Part shown: one piece after another, positions 27,101 through 39,300 of the stretch
Layout: each line of letters opens with the position of its first letter
Position numbering within the stretch: position 1 is the first letter of the stretch
NCBI GenBank assembly: GCA_030141605.1
Contig: JAQGDQ010000032.1
Span: forward strand, 882,056 to 946,055
Direction of reading: 5' to 3'
Length of the DNA: 64,000 bases
Source of the DNA: Tubiluchus corallicola
Taxonomy: Eukaryota > Animalia > Priapulida
Translations under genes and position numbers: made by a program
Notes under the pieces: generated by a model
Told to the model about the DNA's origin: nothing
Database searches by the model: none
What the model saw: the letters and a program-made list of their open reading frames with translations, nothing else

Positions 27101-30100
27101 AACTCTATACTGTTCTGAACTTCACACTTAGCAAACGTGACTATAGTGTTGTTATACTTCTCTCGTGTTGAAATACAGCATGCTTGATGCATGTAATGTT
27201 ATAGTGCAAAATGCCTTAAAAATATGCCTCCTCGCAATTTAAAATAGAAAATGAAAAAAATCTTGAACTCAATTAAAATAAAACATTCAGTAGTATAGAT
27301 TAATAACGTCTATGTCATTTATGTAAATTATAAATGTACTAACAAAACAGCAAAGATGAAGAAAAGGAAAATAGCAATTGTTATCTACATAGGTTAAGGT
27401 GTGTGTGTGTGTTTTTATCGCAGAGAAGAGCCTGGGTTTCGTTCAAAGCGTGTGTGTGATGTGATTGCCTGTTTTTTGTTTCAGCTCCTCCATCAGCGCC
27501 TCTGCTTGAAACCGTCTCGTCTACTCATTCTTCTCTCACTCTATCATGGAAAACCAACACTGATGGCGGAAGTCGTATACGAGGTTGAGTTAACATGTTC
27601 TTGTTGTAAACTACATTATTTGTCTACACGTTACAGTAAACGCACTCTTTTCTACCTTAAACTTTTCAATCCTAGCACAGGTAAACATCTGTTAACTAAT
27701 CCGCGAGCGTTAGCGTCGTCGATTTAGTAGATCCCAATCGCAATTTTTTTCATTATGATAGGCATCCAGTTTTCTACTTTTTAATTCTAGTTAATGCAAA
27801 GGGCTAGTAAATTAACTAGACCCACGAAACTTGTCATTCAACTCCTCCTAAGGGTTTGAATTAACTTCAAACAGGACTTTTAAAAGGATGGGATTCTTTA
27901 AGGGCGCGAGATATAGACCAAAGTACGTAACACTGGATAATTCTAAAACTATAGTAAGTAGAGTCACAAAACTTGCCGGGAAGACACCTGAGTATGGGCT
28001 TGAAAGTGGTATGGTGAACGGTGACTGCTGTCAAAAGGTCAAGGATACTGGACATCGATTAGTTTTTCGATTGCCATTTATTTCCTCCTAGGGATTTGGG
28101 TAAAATTGAAAAAAATCCACGTATTTTAGTATTGTGAGGTAGATGCGTACCTATGGTCAAGTGATAAACATTGTCATGCTGGAATTAGAATTGTTTAAGG
28201 GCCCGAGGAATCAATACCGAGATAGGAGTCGAAATGTGAAAATTAAGGCAAACTGCTCAGTCACACCATAAACCGCATTGAACTAGGTACAGTCGAGTGA
28301 TAATAAGTCACGAGCGCCTTGCACACTAGTTAGTCACACGTGAGCGTAATAATCTACAAGTACTGGCATGAGTTAACCACAATCGACCAGGTGTAGTCAG
28401 GTGTAAACACTGCCACGACGCTAAGCTTGCGGATTTAGATCTGAATTCATTCAGTCTTGTTAGGTTACTTCTGGCTTCATGAATAAATCGAAATAATTAT
28501 TGAGTCAGAAGATAATTTAGCAATCATTTAAATTTGAAACCAATTAACAGAGTTAACAAATATCCAAAATTACAACTCCAGTTAAATGAATTATACTTTA
28601 ATAGATTTAATTAGCTAAAGAATTATAAGAAATAATGTATTGTCTCTAGGCATAACAGTAATGATGAAACAAGAATTTGGGGAATGGAAGACAATAAAGA
28701 TCAACAGAAGCAATCAACCTTTGTTGCTAAGCAACCTTGCTTGTGGTTCCAAGTATCAGATTTATGCAACTGTCTTCAACAGGATAGGAGCCAGTACACC
28801 AAGTGAAATACTTGTTGCTAGAACAAATGGCACTGGTAAAGAGTATAAACACTTCATATTTTAACTCGTTGGCATAACGCAGTTTTTTACTATTCTGACT
28901 TCATCGCAATTATTTCAAAGGACTTATATTAATTTTTCTTTTACGGATAAAACGGCGTATCGAAATTTAATTAATATTATTTATTTATTTATTGAATTAT
29001 ACAAATTTCGGCATGTGTCCAGGAAACTAGTCTTCATACATAAAAAAGTCAGCTACTAAAGATATTCGTAATAATGTAATTTGTGTAGTGGTAGTCGTAA
29101 TGTATATAATTATATTATGATGCGCAGATTAAACAGATGAAAAGAAAATTTTAAAGTATAATTCTAAATCTTTCCACGCAAAGTTGTATTTGCATTTCCA
29201 TTACTTAGCATTGTGCTTATCTGAAATTGGAAAAACAATTCTTCACTGTATTACCATCCCAGTGTGCACGACCGGGTCGCCAAAAACAACAACACATTAT
29301 TGATCTTATTGTCAACATAAAGTAATTTATACTTTTGCAGAGTTAGCTACGAATGCTCCAAACTTTACCCAATGTTATATAAACTTGTTTCAAACGACCA
29401 ACCGTTAAAATGGCCTAACGGGCATCGCGGTTGTTTAAATTTACGAATTTTATACTGCGCTACTGTTAGCGCAAGGACTGTACGCTACGTAAGTGATACA
29501 AAATTTCCAAAGGAATTTTTAGGCTTTATTTATTAAGAGTGTTTTTGGTCGTTCAAAAATGTGCTTGATGCTGGTGTAAGCTTTTTGTGTTGTTTAACCT
29601 GGTCTCATCAAAGCATCATACACACCCATATTCTAATGTGCGTACACTTTGTTAATGCATTTCATCATTTGCAAAATTCGTCCTCACTATTAAGAAAGGT
29701 CTCTTGTGTTTTATAAACACCTCTTTACTTTTAGCTCCAGTGAAACCATTAAGCGCTAAGTTGATCATACTCAACTCTACTTCTATAACACTCAATCTGA
29801 GCTCGTGGCAGAATGGGGGATGTAAAATGAAATCAGTTGTCGTCCAATATAAGATATATGAGCAAAAAGATTGGACTACAGTTGCAAATGACGTTCTGCC
29901 TCACCAGGTACATATTATCTAAATAATAGTAATTATTGGCATACGTCTTCATCTGTAAATATGTAATATTATTTTAACATCCGTACTGATTTTCTGCTTT
30001 TGTAACTGCTTTTCTGCTGTTTGTTTTTGTTATTTTATCAAAATGGTGAAAAGTGATCTGTGTTCTCAGGCTTGGTATAGTTTCCATCTAAAAAAGGATG

Positions 30101-33100
30101 CTTTATATCCACAAGGTGCTTCATAACTTTTGCTGGCGATGGTATAAAAACAACGAGTAGCAGTAAAGCATAATTTATAACATCAGCGTGTTGCTGAAAC
30201 AATGGAGAATCAGTCGTGCCTCAATAGAGTGAAAGCGTCGCCTACTCCGCACAGTCAGCAAACTCGAGGGATATGAGAAGAGCAGGGCAGATCAAACTGA
30301 ATGGCTGAAAAAAACTGGACCTCAACAACGCCAAACACATTAGTACTATCCTATAGTGTTGGAGGATCATGAGTTCGAGCCTGATTTCTTCAAGTCTTCG
30401 AATCTCCTTTAATCACACCCTCAGTAATGCAGGCTGTGCGACACTCACACTAAATACTGAGCACATGATAGATTCTCTGTTTCTTAGCAACACGTGTTTG
30501 TAAAAAATTGTACTGAACTGTTGATTTTGTAACAACCTGTATGGGAACTTGCAATGGGACCGATTATTACTCCTGCAGAAATGTTTAATTGATCAATAAC
30601 TTATGTTATGTGTTTGTATGTCATGAATATAGGGATTATTCACAATACATGGTTTGCACCCAGAAACTTTCTATACACTCCGTTTAACGGCACACAACGA
30701 AGCGGGGAGTACAACTGCTAGTTATAACTTTGCAACTCTGTCATATATTGGACGTAAGTAATTACTTTTAAACTACTTTTGTGTTAGCAAAATATTTAAT
30801 TTTTTATGACGTATTCAGTAAATGTGTTCACATCCTGCGAATTTCTATGTGTTTATTTCAGAAACTATTAAGCCCCAGACGGTTTCTCACAGTAGAGGTG
30901 TACCCTTTTACGAAGATATTTCCACTATTGTACCTGTAGTGGGAGGAGTCATACTTTTTCTCATTTTGATGGTAGCTTTATCACTGTATATAAAACGTAG
31001 GCGGTACAAACATTACAAATACAAAGGTATGTTGCGATTTTCTTTACATCACTAAATTTAATACCTTTTAAAGCTTCAAACTGACAACTACATATTTAAA
31101 AAAGTATCACTATGAAATGAATTGTCTTTCCTACTGTTGTATCACGCCGTTGCGCTTTAAACGCGTGATCATAAATATGTAAAGAATTGTTTTTAGATAC
31201 AAACAGCATGAAAAAAGACTTAACAGCTGAGACAGCTCTGATAGCAGACCAACTGGGAAAGAACAATATTTTACGGGATTCAGCTTGCTCAACCTCACCA
31301 GAACATGTAGCTGCCAAACTGGACAAAAGCGAAAACTGGAATGTAACATTGAAGACCACTGGTTAATATTTATTTTTTAATCTGCATAAGTACTTAGCTT
31401 ACCAAATTCTGATTCTAAAGTGGAAACGGCAGTCAGTTTTCTAAATAGTAACTGCCTGTCGCTTGTATTCTTTTCTTATAATTTATTTACGTATACTAAT
31501 AAGTAAAACATACATAGCCTCGTTAAAAAATATAAAGGCCTTCCTATATTGTATGCCTGGATGATTTTGTTTGCAAAAGGAACAAGTCCAACATTATTTT
31601 CAAATTTAGCTTGTAGATGGGTTGGTAACGAACTCGCCATATCCAATTCTGAAGTCGAAAATTTGTGTTTAGCTGATGAAAATGAGACAGAAGTCAATCC
31701 ATACGCTACCTACCAGTGTCAGAATTCACCCAGAGTAACAGAGTTGTTGGATCCAATTATGTATCAAAACTTGCAAGTTCGTCCCATACGACCGCCAGCG
31801 CCTCTTCCACCGGAAAAACTTCTGAGAGATGAAATGGCAAAATATGAGAATCAAGGTAACTAGTATACGCGCAGTCGCTGTAAATAATTAATGAATTCAT
31901 TAATTTTTTGTGGCTACGAACAAATACATAATTGTATCACTAACACGTATGTATTGTGTAAAACTGTATGGTAATAATCAGTGAGGTGGAACTATGCGTT
32001 TTACTTTTGGAATCTTTTACTTTCAAATCAACAAACACCATAATCGCACATAACCTGCATATTATACTATAAGCAAATGAAACTGAAAAGAAGCTTTCAC
32101 AAATTATGCTAAGAAATTTGTTTTAGGAATTGTATTGACTCCAAGGAAGTACAGTGGTCCGGGAGAAATTAGAGGCATTTTAGTTGGAAATCAACGCAAC
32201 AGTGATTTGCATCCAAGTGTACTAGAACGACAAGGTACCAGCAGCGCTAGCTCAACAGATAAACGTAAGTGAACAGTTGATGGAAGTACGATTCTACAGA
32301 CATTTCATGTAACTGATTGTAAAAGTTCATGTAAAAGTTTTTTTTTTGGCCACAGTTACTTGATCTTTTAGCTTTCTCGTGGTTTCATGTTTTTCATATG
32401 ATCACTGTAATTTTATTAGTTATAGGTAAGCGTTCATTACATATTTATTATTTATGCAGCTCAACCACCAAGACGTGGTATAGGTGGTGTATCTCCGGTA
32501 ACCACAGTTTCGTCTAATCACGAGGAGTTAATCAAAGCTTACGAACAGGCTCGAAGACATCCGCTACCATTACTAGAGAGGGACCACGATCTAATAGAAA
32601 CGCCAACAGTCACGGTAACATTCTTCACTTTCCCTAATTGTAAACATCGGAAGTTAAGTCCCACCTAGATAATCAGGCCTCCTTGTAACTGAGTGAAACA
32701 AGTCTTCGTTCATGCACGTCATGCATCCCTAATTAGTGTAATATATCTAGACTATCACATTTCCCCAATTGGCTCGGGAAAGCGCGTAATTCAAGAATTC
32801 AAGTTGAATATCATCAGTATTATGCAAAGCTGTCACTCACAGGTGTAGACTATCCTTGAACTGAGTGCCGTATTCACTAAAATATAATTTAATTAAAATC
32901 GACATTGTCAATAGTTTTTTCGCCTGCGTTTTTTTAAAGTTTTCCTTTTCTAAATTTGTACATGTTTACAGTCTGGGAAAATGGGCTTCCGAACATTTTG
33001 TCTTAAACGCGTTTTTCAAAAGTGCACTGAGAAGACTGTAAGACGAAAAGACAGTTTATAATATAATAATAGTAAAATTCTTTATTGCTTTAAAATTGTA

Positions 33101-34964
33101 CATCAAGAATCATGTTTTTTTGTCTTATTTGCAGATGCATGGAACAGACAGTGAGACTGATAACACTGAACCAGGGTTGTGCAGATTTACCCAAAGTCCG
33201 CCAGTAGTGAATGAACACAGGGAAAGCAGTTGCATGATTCCTGCAGTTTACAGTGGTGAGATTATAACAAATCAGCAAATTAAATCATTCATCTTCAACG
33301 TTTCTTATTGATGTAATGTCAGATCAAGTTTAGCACATGCCAATCCGTTTATTAAAGAACGTAAAATGATTATCGTGTCTGTAACAATTACTTAATATTG
33401 GCACGAACAACTACTAGGCATATTCCACACCGAAAAAGTGCAAAGAAAGGAAGAAATGAGGAATTACACCTTATTTTTATTTCATTGCGTGTTTTCTAAT
33501 TTGACAACTTCTATGGCATGGCTTTCTATCATATTTTTCCAAGTTTTTCACGAATATATCAAAATAAATTTTAAACTGTATTGTTTTAGATCCAGCTTTG
33601 ATATCAGTAAACTCGCCGCGTCACGCGAGCAATCGAGTAAGTCTGTCAAGTGACACAACTGTAGAACATGGCCAGCCAGCAGTTCGGCCTAAACGTCCTC
33701 GACGGACAAGAAGTCAAGGATCTGTACAACAGCGGCGATCCAGTCTAAACGGAAAATCGCCAAGGTACGTAGTAAATCCAGTTAAAGTGTTAGAGTATGT
33801 ATGCTGAAAAGTCTGAAAATATAACATTTTCCTGTTAACAGCTGATGCAATTCGGATAGGTTGTTGCTCTAAATTCAATTGTTAGTATTACTGCAACTGC
33901 TAACTTCAATTTTGCTTACCAAAATATCTTGCCATTTAATGTTAAGATGGGTAATTAGATAAATATCTTATCATATTCCGTAACCAGGTGTAGTGTACTA
34001 GCGAGAAAGTTTGCAGCCGATAAATCACAAAATAAGACCAAGTGAAGAAATCAGAGTAGCTACAGCCTGTTTTGTTAAACAAAAATTTTATAAACCATGC
34101 ATCTTGAAAAAAGAATTATTTGCATCTACTTGGCAAACATTTCGAAACTGGCTAACATTATAGGCATAAGAAGAACAACAGACATCGGGAGTTGACTTCG
34201 TCAAGCGACGATGAACAGACAACCAGTCCATCTGATGCCGTTAACCCTTATACCTCAAACGATCGCGACCATCAATTATCAGACATAGAATCTCCTGAAC
34301 AAGTATCATTCATTCCAAAACTGCTTTTGAAAGAAGGAAAAGCTGACGAACTTCGAATGGACTCTCCAAGAACACTCCAAGCCCGATCAGATAGGTAAAA
34401 TTAAAAATGAAGCATTTATTTAAAAAATTAGAAATTAGTAACTATTCCGTGTACTAGCCATTAAATGCAACTTTAACAACCAAACCACAATACTCTATAT
34501 GAGCTATTTAAAGAAAACAATCGGTAAATAAATTGCCTGGAAATTTGAACCAGTGCCATTAGAATGCAAGTTCCGAACACGGCATTGAAGATGTATTCTT
34601 CATAAAGATCTAATCAATCGAAAGCCCGGAAAATAAGTCTAATAAAGTAATTTTCATTTGTGGTGTAACAACATTATTTCTACTATCTTTTTATTTCTTC
34701 CTATTACACCAGCTTTGATAATATAAAATGTAGTACTAAATTGATATACAATAATGGTGTCTTGAGAGCAGTGTGGTTAAGTAACGCTTTTTTGTCGTTT
34801 ACAGTGGCCTTGCAAGCAGCTGCAGAGCTGAAAGTTCTCCAAAAATTATCATCAACGTCAACAAAGAAGACCATGATGTAATCAACAATGGAGTTGGTGA
34901 CGACGACAATGATGACAATGATGCTGGAGATAAAGGCTATACAGACAGCTATACTATTGTTTAG
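6182..34964 (+). CDS. Dscam: Down syndrome cell adhesion molecule (Dscam), non-hypervariable; 37 coding exons in window, signal-peptide exon not located
   Basis: Exons, all GT-AG with consistent phases (6173 nt plus 1 nt from the upstream exon = 2058 codons incl. stop): 6182-6511, 9278-9424, 9634-9783, 11200-11484, 11918-12190, 12526-12822, 13150-13260, 13455-13616, 15866-15968, 16610-16785, 17026-17145, 17705-17881, 18522-18669, 19202-19350, 19620-19751, 19990-20157, 20384-20454, 20886-21117, 21294-21440, 21662-21817, 22028-22170, 23142-23295, 23721-23835, 24542-24696, 27485-27583, 28650-28835, 29735-29907, 30633-30753, 30862-31026, 31197-31361, 31673-31855, 32127-32264, 32460-32614, 33135-33255, 33590-33764, 34164-34394, 34805-34964. 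Translation gives 9 Ig + 4 FN3 + Ig + 2 FN3 + TM + tail with Dscam hallmark peptides ([59 protein letters not shown]). Confidence 0.96.
6549..7141. mobile_element. Kolobok-like MITE with TTAA target duplication (Dscam intron after Ig1)
   Basis: TTAA|AGGAAATCCGG...CCTGTTTTCCT|TTAA: 9/11 TIR with the same AGGAAA terminus as the 1982-2526 element. Confidence 0.6.
10416..11096. mobile_element. hAT-like MITE (~680 bp) in the Dscam Ig2-Ig3 intron
   Basis: Terminal inverted repeat AGGGTTTCAC(T)AG ... CT(C)GTGAAACCCT, with many internal GTCGC/GCGAC subterminal motifs. No 8-bp TSD recognisable. Confidence 0.6.
16120..16343 (-). mobile_element. SINE-like element with tRNA A-box head followed by a 5S rRNA-like segment, copy 1 (intron splitting Dscam Ig7)
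   Basis: Reverse strand reads TTAGCTGAGTGGTCACAG...AACTTAAGCAACGCAGAGCCTGGTTAATAAATAGAAAGATGACCG, resembling the 5S internal control region (AAGCTAAGCAGGGTCGGGCCTGGTTAGTACTTGGATGGGAGACCG, recalled). Confidence 0.5.
24858..25080. repeat. (CAT/CGT)n trinucleotide low-complexity tract
   Basis: Directly visible; gives spurious poly-His/Ile/Met ORFs. Confidence 0.9.
26056..26266. repeat. Pentanucleotide microsatellite (GTTTA)n grading into (GCTTA)n, ~42 units
   Basis: Directly visible. Confidence 0.97.
26715..27016. mobile_element. PIF/Harbinger-like MITE, family A, full copy
   Basis: TIR GGCGTGTTCAGACTAG ... CTAGTCTGAACGCGCC (15/16), preceded by TAA; internal GCGAGTT repeats. Related copies at 37766-37962 and 46214-46350. 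Confidence 0.75.
30862..31026 (+). other. Dscam: Dscam transmembrane exon (single copy)
   Basis: Encodes [22 protein letters not shown] followed by KRRR stop-transfer; AG/GT flanked, phase 1-1. Confidence 0.92.
31197..34964 (+). other. Dscam: Dscam cytoplasmic tail, 8 exons, ending in class I PDZ-binding motif SYTIV*
   Basis: Frame-consistent exons giving [44 protein letters not shown] and [12 protein letters not shown] (stop 34962-34964). Confidence 0.85.
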
Positions 34965-35713
34965 AGGAAAAAAACGAAAGCCAATGAAACTGCTTGTGCA
35001 CAATTTCAGTAAAAATCCATTATCGTCAAAGAGAAAGAGTGAGGGGGGTGTATGAGACAGATAGACAATTAGGTCAGATTTCACCAATAATGATAGTTTG
35101 CTTATATAAATGAACACCATAATTAAGAGTTTGAAAAGCAGCTCAAACGGAAGACAACAGGTAATATGTGATTAATTCTTTGCTTTGAACTAATGCCAGA
35201 AAATATTGCTAACTGTAATGTCATCCGACAATAAGAAGCCATACGTAAATGCAGCTAATTGTTATAAGGAATTTAGAAGAATAATTACAAGCATTCCAAT
35301 GGAAGAGTGTGCGAATGAATGTAACACTTCAAATGCACAATTATGGATAGACTTTTCTTAGTAGATATTAAATTATTAAAATTTGTTATGTATGTCTAGT
35401 CACCTGTAAAACTGTGAATTCGCTGCATTGGACAAAAACATTGTTTGTCACGCATTACGTTTTCGAGTTCATAAAATAACGCTAACAACTTTACTACATT
35501 TGGGTGTAGTTTTGTGTACATAATTCTCCTGCAAACATGTAAATAAATGTCTAAAGATTATGTAATTTATTTGGACATTGGGAAATCAAACTCAGTTCTT
35601 GTCATAATACCAGTGTAATAAGTAATTTAACTTAATAATTTAATTTAATATAATTTATTGCTTTGATAAATATCATTTTTGTAAATAATTTGTATAAGTA
35701 TATCGTTAAACGA

Positions 35714-35719
35714 AATAAA
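35714..35719 (+). terminator. Candidate polyadenylation signal of Dscam
   Basis: AATAAA about 750 nt after the stop, followed by a T-rich tract. Other AATAAA hexamers occur nearby, so the site is not unique. Confidence 0.4.
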
Positions 35720-36399
35720 CTTCTTTAGTACATTTTCAATGTTTTTCTTTCCATCACCACTTTATCCTTTATCACATTTAAGAAACCTGTGAGATATGTA
35801 AATTAGCTTTAATTGGCTAATCACCTTGTACTGAATATGTTAACCATTTTTAGAACTTTTCTTCCAAAGCCTCAACCAGTCCTAATGTAAGCTAACCTAT
35901 ACAAGACATGTTCATTTTTAATATTCATAGACTTTTCGCAAAAGTTAATTATTTTAGCGATTATAATGCGTAAAATAGAGTAGCCGTATACATAGAAATC
36001 TGAGAATAAATTCAACACTTTTTTATTACAACAGCCTCTTATCATTTTCAAAAATTCGCAGGCCTAAAAGTTCCGTATATTTCTATTCTATATTTCCTAT
36101 TTTGTCATTGTTTCTAGTTTTAATAATGAAGCGAGACAATGGCTGTTTGGTATTTTTTCACAAAATTAAAATCTAATCTAGAACATTTGTTCTGTTCAAA
36201 TTTTTGCTATCAGTGTAGAATTATAGTTTTAAAACTCGTTGTTGTTTGGAACGAATATTACTTTACTAGCTTATTTTGTAATCGTAATATTACTCGCGTA
36301 TCAGATTCGGGTAATAACACAAGCAACACAGCACAAATCATTCACAGTTTTTATTTGTTGGTCTCGTACATTCAAACATCCAAATGTTTTATTTATGGA

Positions 36400-39300
36400 A
36401 TGATTTCAATAAATTCATTGGCGCTCATACTATTTGTCGCTGTTGAACAACTATGTGTACACCACTGTGAAAGTTCCTTTGCCTATATCTCCCAAAACGG
36501 ATATCGGAAGGTGACAATTGCAATCGACGAAAATGTCCCAGAAAATGAAGAGCTTCTCTGTCGAATCCAAAGCATTTTTAAGAAAGCATCTCACTACTTA
36601 TACAAAGCTACAAGGTAAGTATTTTATTGTACATTAGACGAGTTTTCGCCAATTATTTTTGTAACTGGAGCTTCGCATTGGCCCACATATGCCATTTCCT
36701 AGTTGCGCAATATTGGATGTACATATGATAGAAACTCTTCGTTTGCGTACAAATCTTACAAAGAATCTTACAAACAATTCGGTCTGGTGAATGTCGTTTG
36801 ATTTTTAACAATACGTGTTATATTAATTTCACTCCAAGACATCAAATGATTTGCTGCTTAAGTTTTCTCATTATTAAGCTGCGAGCCGTTGTAGAATCTC
36901 AATGCCGTTGTTCTAATGCCACTAGGCGACTGCAAGAGATTACAAAAAAAAGCTGACCAGTAACCTAAATTTACGAGCTCTTCCAACAGAATTTACGAGC
37001 ATTCTTGGGTCGAATCGCAGGCTTTGGTGAAGTCTAGAGATACAATATACAATTTACGTTTCAGCTTCTTTGTAAGATTTGTACGCAAACGAAGAGTCCC
37101 AAGAAACTATAAACTATAATAACCATCAGTATACGCACGAACCAGCGGCGAAACCATCAGAAATTGTTGCACTCAGGTTGGGATTTACCAATGAACCCCT
37201 ATTAAATATTGTATAAAAACATAATAACGACTCGTTGTTTTAGGAGACGAGCGTACTTCCACGAAATTGTTGTAATAGTACCAATGAGTTGGTCAGACGG
37301 CAAGACTGAAGGAAAAACGAGTCTAAACGAATCCATCCACCTGGCGGATATACACGTAGGAATTCCTGATCCGGTCGACAAAGCGCCGTTTGTGTTGAAT
37401 CCAAATTTGTGCGGCGAGACAGGACGCTATGTGTATCTGACACCTGATTATCTAATGGAAGAAGATACAGAAGCACAATATGGTCCATATGAAAAAGTAA
37501 GGAAAACATATAGCTTTGCATGGATGTACAAATTACCAACAAATTTCGTGCATGCGTGTATAACACATAACACCTTCATGCTAATTGAATTTTAATGGTT
37601 CAGTGTCTACACCAATTTTATCTTTATTGTTACTCGCGGGTGCTAATTACCTGCTGTTACAGGCAAAATTGAACCCGAATTCGTAATCAGAGACATTGAT
37701 TTTTGATATTTTTTGCTTTAGTGCATTCACTTTAGTCGCTGTTTAATTTAGTGCGAAGTTCTTCACGTCGCATTCAGGCTACCGATTTTTCTCGCCGAGT
37801 TAACTCGGTAAGTAACTCGTAAGAGTGTTACTCGGACAATATCAGCAAATGTCGAAGAATTTGCAATAACTTGCCGACAGTAATACGCAAAGCAGTTCAC
37901 ACTTAAAAGTTTGCTGTCAAAGAAAAAACTCGCGACAGAAAGCTCGCTAGTCTGTACACAGCGTAACTCGCAGATAGTTTTTCTTTCTAATCTAAACACG
38001 CTTGCGAGTTACTGGTTACGCGATAGGGTGAACTGGTCTAAAACTGTTCAGTGGTTGGCTATGCCCACGCCTCACCAATTTCTCTCAGTATTTACACTAA
38101 TATAAGTTAACTGGTTATATTAACTAATATGAGATGATACAATTACTGTTTTACGTTAAACATAAGTACACATAACATAAACTGTGGTTCTAATGCAGGT
38201 TATCGCGCATGAGTGGGCTCATCTTCGTTGGGGTCTGTTTGATGAGTCTCCTGTTAACACAGATCGCGAGTGGGCGTATTTAGAAGCAAACGGCGAGTAT
38301 ACAGGTGTCAGATGTAGCTTAGATTCAAAAGGTTTGTGATACATTTTTCAGAAATAATAATCTAGCGAGATGTTTAGCTCTGTTTTACGGTAGAGCAGTC
38401 TGTACCGTGAGCAAACTGCCAATACGAAAAAGACACTCTACTGGCCTTAACTCACTCGCATTCTTTGCAATGTTAGAATGCCTTAATTCCGTTGCAAGCT
38501 ATATTTTGCATACCGTCCTATACTACAGCAAAAACAATATTTTACACTATATAGCTATAACAATTGTACAAAACTTTCAAATGAATTACTAAACTCCCTA
38601 GTGTGAGTGAACATTCAGTTATAATTAATCTTGTTTATTCAAACGATTACATTTTGAATGAGCCGTGTCAATTACAACAAAATCTTCATAATTTATTACA
38701 TTAAGCTGTTATAGTTTCGCCGATTTTTAATTGAAAGTGAGCCTTTATATGCTCGCACATTCGTCAGCTTTGATTTTTCTCAGTCTGCCCTGTATAGGAA
38801 CTACCATAACTATGACACGAAAACTTATAAACAATATGATATCTGCTCTTAGTCCTGTAAATATAGTTGATAAGTTTTCGTGTCATAGTTGTGACAATTG
38901 CTAAGAAGGGTAGAGTAAGAGAAATCTATGTGTCCGAGACCATTTGAGTGCTACAACTTACTTTCAATTGAACAGTAGCGAAAGTGTAATACTTTAAATT
39001 GAACATCATCGAAAACGTAATAGCTTAACGCAGTTTGAAGAGTTCGCCGTAACTGGTACAGCGCATTGAAAATAGTACTAACCCGTTCATAATTACCGAG
39101 TAGCATATTGGTGTTGTATTTTTGGTAGGCAATTTAACAAACATTCTAAACACGAGTATACCATGTGACATTGACCCAGCTATAAACCTTCCATCAAGTG
39201 ACTGTCGATGGAATGATGACTTGGAAGAAAAAGCAGCTGCATCAGTTATGTATAACCCTTATTTAGCTCAGGTAATGTTGATAACTAATGAATTATAAAA

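Larger units (their letters stand above)
19620..30753 (+). other. Dscam: Dscam FN3-1 to FN3-4, Ig10, FN3-5 and FN3-6 coding exons (14 exons)
   Basis: FN3 motifs (W...Y...L.P.T.Y.F.V.A.N..G), each domain split over two exons. Ig10 is 23721-23835 + 24542-24696 ([10 protein letters not shown]...NAGNYTC). Confidence 0.92.

Noticed and set aside
27780-28100. Possible Helentron-associated repeat (AAAGGTCAAGG motif; similar motifs near 43950 and 57010)
   Set aside because: Only short motif similarity; no boundaries or alignable copies established by eye.
34704-35120. 138-aa minus-strand ORF
   Set aside because: Antisense shadow of the last Dscam exon and UTR; no protein features.
36139-36399. 87-codon in-frame N-terminal extension of CLCA in the ORF track
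   Set aside because: AT-rich, UTR-like sequence; ATG 36400 directly precedes a signal peptide at the position expected for CLCA.
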